64,000 nucleotides of DNA from NCBI GenBank assembly GCA_040954595.2, contig CM082588.2, forward strand, positions 608,613 through 672,612, written 5' to 3'. Positions 54,401 through 64,000 of the stretch are shown here, one piece after another. Both the position numbers and the translations under genes were made by a program. The stretch is from Balanoglossus misakiensis (lineage: Eukaryota > Animalia > Hemichordata). Under the pieces are notes generated by a model. It was not told the origin of the DNA. It saw nothing but the letters and a program-made list of their open reading frames with translations, and searched no databases. Numbering within the stretch: position 1 is the stretch's first letter; the number at the start of each line of letters is the position of its first letter.

Positions 54401-55433
54401 TTCCTGAAATGAAGTAATGAAAAAATTCAGTTGTATATCAAGTTAAAAATTAGCAACTGAATTTGGTTGAAATATGACATTAAAAACAAAGAGTTAAAGA
54501 AGACAACACCAACAACCTGTGATTACTTACATCATCAACGGTGTGAACCACCAGTTCAGATAAACTACCACTCCTGAAATTAGAAAAATAATTTCATCAG
54601 GATGATTATTTCGTAACATCATTTTACTAATAGGTAATCGGATTCCCTCAATGAGTTAAAAACATATGTTTACAAATTGCCCGGGCAGATATTAGCTGAG
54701 GTGTGTTCTGTGAATAAATACATTGTAATTACATAACTGTACAACACAGGATTTGCTTTGTTGATGTGCCATATGGCTTTATGTCCGAGCAGGGAATTGA
54801 TTTCCAATATTGATTGTTAATCACTTTTTAATTTGATGAGGTGGGTGTCTAGTGATGCATAGGAATTGGAATAGACATCTGAACATCTAGACGTTGCAGT
54901 ATATGCCTAGGATTATTTGGGTGCACCAGCAATACCTGTAGAGAAATCAGTATTTCTGGGTGTTGTCTAGAATCTGGCCTCCTAATATAAGCCTGGGTTC
55001 CAAAAATTATGACAAGGACAGTGGACATTCTGAAATACATGCATACACTGGATTGATTTGTAATTTTGATATTTTGGGATGAATATTGATAGGTACAGGT
55101 ACTATCAAGGTACACACAACTCATCCATAACACCTGGTATGATCTCTTACATATATGTTACTGGTCATACATCATACTAATGTACATGACAATGTCGTCA
55201 CATAAACCTGTTAGTTTTATTGCTGTGTGTGGCATCTTTGCTTATGGCTTGTTTTTGAGACATTAAGATTTTCAGAAGCTGAAAACACATGGCTAGATTC
55301 TAAACTACAAAACATGTTATTCTTGGAATCAAAATCCAACTTACTTTCCCAATGTACTGACATCTTCATTGCCAGTGTCATAATTCATTAGTGGACGCAC
55401 GCGACAATGAACTCGAATGTTACCACGCAGTTC
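48430..55433 (-). CDS. KIF25: Kinesin-14 family motor, KIF25-like (5' coiled-coil exons not found in the window)
   Basis: [14 protein letters not shown] (55433-55345), [24 protein letters not shown] (P-loop), [20 protein letters not shown] (switch I), [25 protein letters not shown] (switch II with the KIF25-type SECVG), [32 protein letters not shown]. Tail exons: 51843-51736, 50949-50806, 49560-49498, 48512-48430. Confidence 0.9.
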
Positions 55434-58400
55434 CTACAAAGCAAAAAAAAAAAAAAAAAAAAGATTGTAAACAGAGGGCTATGAAATTATTAAAATTATT
55501 TTATTGATTTTCAAGGTTTGTCAACAGTTATTTGAACTCTGCTGTTATATTTCTGGAGTTGCTGATGAGGGCTATGGAGCTTGTCGGTCAACACACTCTG
55601 TTTGAGTATCCGCAGAATTGATTGAAATGATTGACTGTAGTCCTGTAAAGTGGTATCATATCCATTCTACCATGGTGTGGGCTTCCCACAGGTTTTATTC
55701 CCAGACAACAGATTCACTCAAAAGGTTGAAGAGTTTCTCTCCTTGTCTATCAAAGTGTGGGTCAGCTCTGATTGCTAAGGCCATGTCACTGTTGATGATT
55801 TCTGATTCAAAATATCCATAAGAGAAGTTGCAACTCTCTGTAGTTAACAAAAGCTGTGATTTTGTCACAGTGGGAAACCATCCAAGTTCAGTATGTATCT
55901 TAATTGGTTTGAAGCATGGGATAATTGCCTTTTTCTTTGCAGATTTCAAAAGTAGCCATGCCCACTTGCGATCTGTAACTCACGAGAATTCGGGAGAAAT
56001 CGGGTCAACCTCAAAACCTTATACTATACAGTTGTAAACACATCTATTTATTGTGAAAATGACTATTTCATTATACTATCCATGTTGACACATTAATATT
56101 GAGAGGAAGAAATTATTCAAATATATATTTTGATGATTCACTTTTCTATGAAATTCATTGATCCAGTCTGCCATAATGACATTACATTTTTCCTTCCGAT
56201 TTGATCAAACACTCCGACCCATTCATTTGAACAAGAACAGTCAATATTTGTTTCACATCAGCCGAAACATTTGGTAATAAGTCCATACAGGAAATTGTGA
56301 GCACATCACGACTCACACTTCATCATTGCCAAGCTTTGACATAGTTATGGCGATGTTAAATATCGAAGTATCGATTACGTGAATGTAGTGGAAATAAAAG
56401 AAAACCCTAACCAAGTTTATTATTACACAAAAATAAAGACTTTTGTGAACATAATGATTTTAAAAGCCATCTTTGTCGTGGATTACAATGCTTTCTTTCT
56501 GTTCGTTTTTTACCGACCTACAGGTCTACTGACTGCTCAATATTAAGAGTGAATTAATCCATTAATGTCTATGAAAGAACATACAAAAATACAAAGAAAT
56601 GGATTTTGCTCTCAGAATGTTGGCTATTTAGTTTGAAAAGCAGCATATTCTAGTCCTTCTTTTTATCCAAACACATCTTGTCAATATGCCGTTACAGAAA
56701 CAATTTATATGTACTCTTTATACCTAGAATAAGGTCTTTGAATGAATTTCGAGTTAATGTGTGTTTGTTGAAAAGAAATTGAAAAGGAACTGTGTATACT
56801 TGTGGGAATAAAACTCCCGGAGAATAAAAATGCTGATAACAGGATGAGATGGAACTTTTCCTTTTTAAAGAGACATACAAGAAATAAACATATTAGGATT
56901 GCTATGTATGTTAAATAACTGTTCATGACTTTGTGCGAGATTACAGACATTTTCTGAAAGGTTTGCGTAGAAAGGGGAATGCTTGCATACATGTGTCTGT
57001 CATGTTTAGACTGTGGTCACTAAGAGGCAAAGATTTGACTTCAAAGTAAAAACAACTAGGTAGATGTCTGTAAGTTTTTTTAAATAGATATGGTTATACC
57101 GTGTTCTCTCTCAAAAATCATATGAAATAAAACATAGTTGGAGGCATAGTCTTGATTTGAATCAATTTGACATATATGCATGTAAAAGACAGCTCCTGGT
57201 GTTGGAACATTGTACCTCAGTGCTAAAGGAAGTCAATGTTTAACCAGACAACCAAACCATACCACTTTAGAAGTCTATCCCTAAATTTTGGGGTTTTTCT
57301 ATTAAACCAATGTGTACAGAAAACCTGTCAATCCCTGTGTACATGTATACTCAACAAAACTGTATAATTGAGAATGACGTTAGCCAAGACACCCAACCTC
57401 TACTGCAAATTACTCTGGCCTACAGCTATGAGATCTACTCATGTTATGCACTCCAGGTATGTATAGAATTCCATTTGTATACAGCAATACTCACAGTCAA
57501 TCAGTCTAGATATGTCAGATTGGGATAAACATAGTATTGGAATCAGACTGCTTGAAGTAGAAATCCTAGAATCTTTTTCTAAATCAGTGCAGTGACGTCA
57601 GAGGGTTAATTCAGTACCACTAGAATCTAAACCAAGAGGATAATTGAAATGCCAAGTGTGATATGCACTTCACAATAGCGGGAAAGTAATAAACATCAGC
57701 ATGGAACTGGGTATTTCTAACCCGAGAGACTTAACAGCATCCACTTTTCTGCTTTTACAGTTAATAAAAAATATAAAAATCTCTATTCTGTTGTAGAAAA
57801 GTGAAATCTATAGATATATATACAGTGCGACAGTATTCCTTTTAACAAGGTTTAGCGGGTAGAACAAGAAACTGTAGTATCTGCACAGACTAAACTAGAG
57901 AAATAATCATTAAAAAGTTACGGTGTTGCCCTTCCAATTTCTTTGATGGGTGACCGTGAGCTTTTAAAGTGTACAGTGACGATAAAAGTTAAAACGGTTG
58001 TTTTATAATTTACAATGTTTCATAGGAAGGCAGTCTGGAGGCAATCTGAGGAGAACCAAAGGCAATCTTGCTATAAACGGCAACAAACGGTATTTAGGTT
58101 CCGCTCTTCTGATAATGAACCAATGAGATATGCACCTGATGCCGTAGGGGTTCAATCTCCAGGAACAAGGAATTTCTTCTCCGGATATAAATTAATCAGG
58201 AGCAATATAAGTAGCTTGTAAATACATGAACTGAACAGAACTGACTCAAATGAAGGATAGACATGTGTACATATGGGTTTCTGATGTTTGGTGTTTTGAG
58301 AGTACACAGTGACCTTTAGCAACGACCTTAGAAGATCCTTTCAATTATTGTAATTGATGTAGGTTTATAGAGTCATTCATATGAGACGATATATCCCACG

Positions 58401-61400
58401 TGGAATTTTTATCTGTGTACTGATGCTCTCCTGGTTCAGTGATTGTGTAATGATGACTTTTCACAATCACTGCTCTGAAAATAATCTTGCAAAATCTAAC
58501 AGTAAAACCTGTCTAAACCGAACCCTGTCTAATCTGGAAACCTGTCTTTACCGAACAATTTTTCCTGTCCCTTTGACATATAGAACCACACGTTAAAAGA
58601 ACCTCGCTCTATACGTCAAAGCATCCACCATACACGACAACCTTTGCCCCAGTCAGACCATTTCAGGAGAATTCCTAGACTCACTGTCAAGAAATGTCTG
58701 AGAAATGATGTTGACTTATACTACAGGCAAAAAGGTCTCACATGGTTTGCACCTGGGAAAAAAACATGCACTGTTGGCAAGACACACGGAGTACTTGGCA
58801 CAATTTTCAAGGTGCCCTGAGCCAGTTCTATTGAGTGACCAATATCTGGAAATGAATTGACTTACAAAAACCACTTTAAAAAAGTCACCTAATTAGACTA
58901 AATTGTTCACCCGACGCTATTATCACCAAGGGAGAAATAATCTCAGTGAAAATGCAAGTTGTCAAGGTAACCAACGTCGATGCGGGCCAACAACTGACTT
59001 TTCAAGAATATTCAACTAATTGGATGATGGGCAGACAGGTTTCTATGGCGATTTGCGGTTGATGAAATCCAAACACTGCGTCAAATGTTTGATGTCCGAG
59101 ATCTCAGTCTGAGATCAAAGTGGTAATTTAAGTGTTAATAGTACATTGGAAATAAAGGTATTAACTTTTATTTGATAATTTAATTAAAACCACACACCGA
59201 TTGGTTGGCTTAAATATGTGTGCTGGTCACAATACACTACACAGCTACCTTGTGTGTCTAAGATTGAGTCCATGTATAGTGCTTTATGCCTAAAACTAGT
59301 ACCTACCCATTAAGTTGTTGAGCATTGGTCCAGCCCTAAAGTTTTGAATAGTGTGGTTGGCACCATTAGTTGTAAAGAGGAGTGAAAGGGTTATATATCC
59401 AAACACCTCTCTGCTCCGCTATTTCAGTTAGACATATTCATCAGTCTAGCAAACCTGAACATTTTTTCACATCACTCAGGGATGCTGTGGAATTTAAAAT
59501 CATATCGATTCACAGCTGTGTATATTAAGTTTTTATGCTCTGTGTACTTGGTCCAATTGCAAATCAAATCAGACCTTTCTATTCCTAGTTTTCTTGACGC
59601 AATTCATGCAGAAATGCCGCACTTTAATAAAAGGACATTAGCTCTACCGTTTGGCTTTCAGTAATTTTGTTCAAACGTAATTTCTTGCTCTACTCCAAAC
59701 AGAATTCTAATGCTAGTTGGTATTTGATTTTGTCATGGTTTATCGGTGATATGACATGTACTGTAGTGATCTTGTATTGACACTATTCGATTGTGTTACA
59801 TTACCAGTATTTAGTTGTGTAGAAAAGTGGTTACTGGTGTAAAGTGTAAGACCTATTTCCACAGTTGTGTGTGTACAAATGTCATCACAAGACGAGAACG
59901 TGTTGAGAGAGATGTTCTCGCCAGAAGTGAGAGACAGCAACGGGCGGAACCAGTGTCTAGTTATACTGACCCGTACTTGGACCAGTTTTGACGAAGTTTA
60001 TGACATGAAAAACGACTTCAGAGTTGTGAAGAAATCTCACAAAGGCTCCGCGAGATTAACCCACCTTCAATCTACTTAACTCTGGGGAAAACTAAGTTCA
60101 TATAATCACTATACGATACAAAATTATTTCACTTTTGAAGGAATAAATCCTGATGAATGTGTCAATGGGTGTACCTTTATTAATTTGGTTTAATTTTTAC
60201 ACGGCAACTTTCATCCCCAAGGCCGATACATTTCCAGATTGTGCAATCTTTATTTCAATGACTGCGGATGATATATTTCATTTTACCCAATTTGTATCAT
60301 ACTGAAGGCTATATTAAATTGAAGTTTAATGAAACCCAGTGGTTGGATCTCGTCTGGATTCTGATTTGTGGGCAGTCGTACTGACAAAATTGTATTGAAA
60401 TTATCCGTCGGCAGTAGACTGCAAAATACCAAATGACCACAACCAATCGATACATTTTATGCCGTCTTATCAATATGTCTGGAACGGATATTATGAAATT
60501 TGAATTCAGATGGAGTTACTGATGGTGTAAGTGTTTTGATATAGATCAATGCTTTTAAGTGAAACGAAAAAATTGATAGAAACCATCTCTCTAAATGATT
60601 AGTACGTAATTCATTACAGATCTCTATTGATATTTCCGTAGTTGCATGTGTGAGATATACCAGCTGCTGTACATGTAGACAAACTTGGAAAGAAATGCTT
60701 TTAAAGCTGAGTATAAAATGAAACAAGAAATTCTAGCTGCTACATGCAGGTGACAACTTCCTAAGATCGCCAGCAATGGAGTCGACCGGATTTTGTGAAC
60801 TGCTATGTGTATGAGCACCAAGGGAAAGTCCGGGATATCTGCTTTGCGGAGTAACAGAAGCCGACATGTGCATATATCATGCAGGGAGCCATTAACCGGC
60901 TCAAATAACCATAAAAAAACTGATCATTATTGAGTCAAAAGAGATGCAAAGTGTAATTCATGGCAAATTACTACAAATGAAACATAGCCTTCACTCCCTG
61001 GTGTAGAAATTGGGTCGTAAATTTTGATGTAGGCTGCACAAGTGATACGCAATATGTAAACTGCGAAGTCAATTGTGAACACGACAACTTTATAGTTGTT
61101 ACTGCAGAAAACCAATCTTACAATCAAAATTAACATGGTAACATTAAAATTAAGTTTAATAGTAGATTTAATTTTTTTAAATTAAGTTTTGTATTCAATA
61201 ATCTTTTATCATGTGTAATGATTGGTGAAATGATTGGCACAAATGCAGACAAAAATCACAAAATCTACACAGCAGGATGAAATACAATGATACATGTATT
61301 ATCATCGTTATAATTAGGAACCATGTAATGTACTGTACCTATGCCATTTTATGCTGGGCTCAACCATCATACGTACATATAAAAGCAAAATCTGACCCCT

Positions 61401-63327
61401 TTGAACTCTAGAGTTTTTAGAGATGAGACCCAAATCTAAAATAGTCTTGATGATGACAAGATAATTGGGGCTACAGTGATTAGACTGTGTGCAAGAAAAA
61501 GGCAACTGAGTCTATTATGTGTTTTGATTTCTTTCCTCAATTCCGTGAAAGCATCGCTCTTTATTTCATACGCTTTCCATGATTAAGAAACTCCGACTGA
61601 CTGATTGCTTTTCCCAGATGGAGTTTTTACCGGGAAAAGGCAATTTACATTTTAAGTAGATGGGCTTGGTGATGCTCCGATACACCATAAATTGTGGCTT
61701 GGTTATAGACGCTCAATTGCGTATGTATTAAATGACTTGTTTTGTGTAATGTTGCATTCCTTTTAAGCAGAGACAATAATCTTTCGCTCAGTTGAGCCAG
61801 AGAAACACTGTTCTGAATGTATTTACACTTATTTGTGTCTTTACTTTTGCTGATTCTCGGATCTCCTCTTGGCTATAATCCGAGAACAGAACAACCATTT
61901 CAATCACATTTCAGTTTGTCTCTGTGCTGTATAAACACGATGTACATACACTGCTGTTTTCATAAGACATGGAACAGTGGATCAAAAATGCGAAGGATGT
62001 TCAGCTGTTGCTAATTAGGAGTTTTCAATTGCTTATGACCTTCTCAAGGTACGTGAACTTGGTAAATCTGGGGATTGAAGTATTGGCAACCAGTGACAGT
62101 GTACACACATCAATTACTTGTACTTTAACCTTCTGAGAAACAGATTCTGCAGCTGTAAATTAGTTCTTTTTTTGGTTAATCAAAGTTCTTCGAATGTGAA
62201 GTCTTCAGAACTAGATAAAAGAGAGTGGTGGGTTCAGTAAACCTTCTTCCACCTTTTCTGTGAAACGTCAAGTTTTCTGAACGAAGTCGTGTAAACTCTT
62301 GAGAATAATGGCATGGCCAGAAATAAAATGAAAGAAAAAAAATAACCTGATTAGGCCTGAAAAGCTTGAAGTAGATTCCAAAAATAGAAATTCCACACAC
62401 TGAAATCATTGATTATCTGTCAGCCAGATGACTTAGCTAATAATTTAATGGCGACATCAAAACAAATTCACAAGGTAAGATAAACACAGAGAATTAAATC
62501 AATTTCAAAATGACACTGCATGTAAAAGCCTTGACTTTGTTAATTTGTCTGTAATTATTGGTTTGGTGTTTCACATAGTGGTGTCACTCTACAGTAAGCA
62601 ATTATTACAAAACGTTTGCTTGAACTAATAAAACATGACAATTAGTACAACCTGACACAGAGTACAAGTACAAAATGTTCTCAGTTATCTACTATCAAAA
62701 CATTCATGTAGCCAAAGCCAATTACCGTGGATTCACTGAACCATTGACAATGAATTTCCAAATGCCCAGTTTCCGTTTTAAATCTATAAATGTTGGCAGG
62801 CTTTTTACTACATGCTGTTGCCATGGATATTAAGACTGGTTCCATTAAGAACTCAGTGGGCCTCGCTATTCATTCACTATTAAACCATTTTTCCTGACAT
62901 AATAAATAGTATAAAGCTGAAAAAAATCTCAGTCTGGGGTTCTGGTCACATACAATACAGAAACAAAATTCTCAATGTGAGATTTTACATCAAGAATTAC
63001 TGATATTACCCTGTAGAGCCAATTATATTACAAATGCATGCAGTTGTCATTTTCAAAATAAAGAATTTTACAGATCAAATAAATACCAATATATAGCTTT
63101 AAATAAAAAATAAATTATAAACACTCATAGATTTGTCAATATCATCATGATCAAATGTTGGACGACAGGATCGTATGTAAACTTTCTGGAAGTAAAAATC
63201 AAATTCCAATACAGCCTGTATTAGTGGCCACCTCTGTATAGTGGAAACTTGTCTATAATGGCCAGTAAGTTACTGTACAGTGCCTGTATACTGTGTACGT
63301 ATTATGTAAATCATAAAGAACAAAGTT

Positions 63328-64000
63328 TCAAGATGAACGTTTACTTCTGCAGCACATCAAATCACGGAAAGCCTTTTTGAAATTACTGTTTCTGCAGGCG
63401 TAAATCAAACAGTTTAAGGAAGGATTCAGAAAATAAAGCAACATGGTGATAATGCTGTATGGTCTTGGAGGAACCAAAAAGATAGACATCAACAACATAA
63501 CTAACCATGGCAACCACAGTAAACAAAACACGACAAAAATAACAAACAAATTCACAGCAACTTTGACTTCTTTGCTGCAGTTTACTTGGGAAATGCTACT
63601 CATGCATGATGCACGGCGATTTTTGTCTTTCTTTGTTTTGTCATTGTCTAGGCTTTCATTGGGTGATTTCAAATGTTGTGACGAATTCTGAGTTGTGATT
63701 GGTTGTAAGGAAGAACTGCCTTCATTTTGTAGCAATCCACTCTCTTCGACCCCATTGGCTGATTTCTGCGAGTCCGAATCCTTATTTTCACAGAGCTCCA
63801 GCTCATCATCATTTCCAATCACAAAACGAAGTTCTCCACCTTCCCATATCCTGGTTACTTCCTCTCCACCTGGATTAGTGATGACAATATCAATTTTGGA
63901 CAAGGATGATCTTTCCGGAGTCGATGTGACAACTCCATTGTTTCCACAACTTGTAGGTGGCTTAAAAACTAAATTGTCCTTGGACGAATTATGTTCATTT
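63328..64000 (-). CDS. Class A (rhodopsin-like) GPCR, 3' part: long ICL3, TM6, TM7, helix 8; runs off the right edge
   Basis: The frame is open to the window edge. KEVKVAVNLFVIFVVFCLLWLPW (TM6), LYFLNPSLNCLIYA (TM7), NFKKAFRDLMCC (helix 8 plus palmitoylation-type Cys). Confidence 0.88.
   Translation of the reverse strand, partial: NEHNSSKDNLVFKPPTSCGNNGVVTSTPERSSLSKIDIVITNPGGEEVTRIWEGGELRFVIGNDDELELCENKDSDSQKSANGVEESGLLQNEGSSSLQPITTQNSSQHLKSPNESLDNDKTKKDKNRRASCMSSISQVNCSKEVKVAVNLFVIFVVFCLLWLPWLVMLLMSIFLVPPRPYSIITMLLYFLNPSLNCLIYACRNSNFKKAFRDLMCCRSKRSS

Noticed and set aside
54849-54940. Extra KIF25 exon candidate with a CAG acceptor
   Set aside because: In the required phase it reaches a stop after ~16 codons, and the flanking exons join in frame without it.
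55540-55950. Coding-looking stretch (84-aa minus ORF) upstream of the KIF25 motor exon
   Set aside because: It ends in a stop with no usable donor and does not resemble a kinesin coiled coil; possibly a decayed repeat.

Overview
Gene-dense, AT-rich, intron-containing genomic DNA from an animal, probably an invertebrate bilaterian (species not determinable); it is not prokaryotic. Left to right: first exon of an unidentified minus-strand gene; QRSL1 (mitochondrial GatA, -) head-to-head with RTN4IP1 (+); a complete U12 minor-spliceosome snRNA gene with its own promoter inside the last RTN4IP1 intron; FAM76 (-); two tandem uronyl 2-O-sulfotransferase (UST) paralogues followed by a CHST14/D4ST1-like gene (+); LANCL3 (+); LDLRAP1/ARH (+); KIF25-like kinesin-14 (-, 5' exons outside the window); and the 3' part of a class A GPCR (-), probably nested in a KIF25 intron. 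Several non-autonomous TIR elements are present, including a 1.27-kb foldback element, a CAC-terminated element carrying a 25-bp hairpin minisatellite, and a 27-bp minimal element with a 9-bp target duplication. The most notable points are the intronic U12 gene, the UST-UST-CHST14 dermatan-sulfate sulfation cluster, and the asymmetric evolution of the UST duplicates. Gene names come from my recall of human protein/RNA sequences and exon boundaries were assigned by eye; no database search was run. I do not see a clearly new multi-gene system beyond the sulfotransferase-cluster hypothesis.
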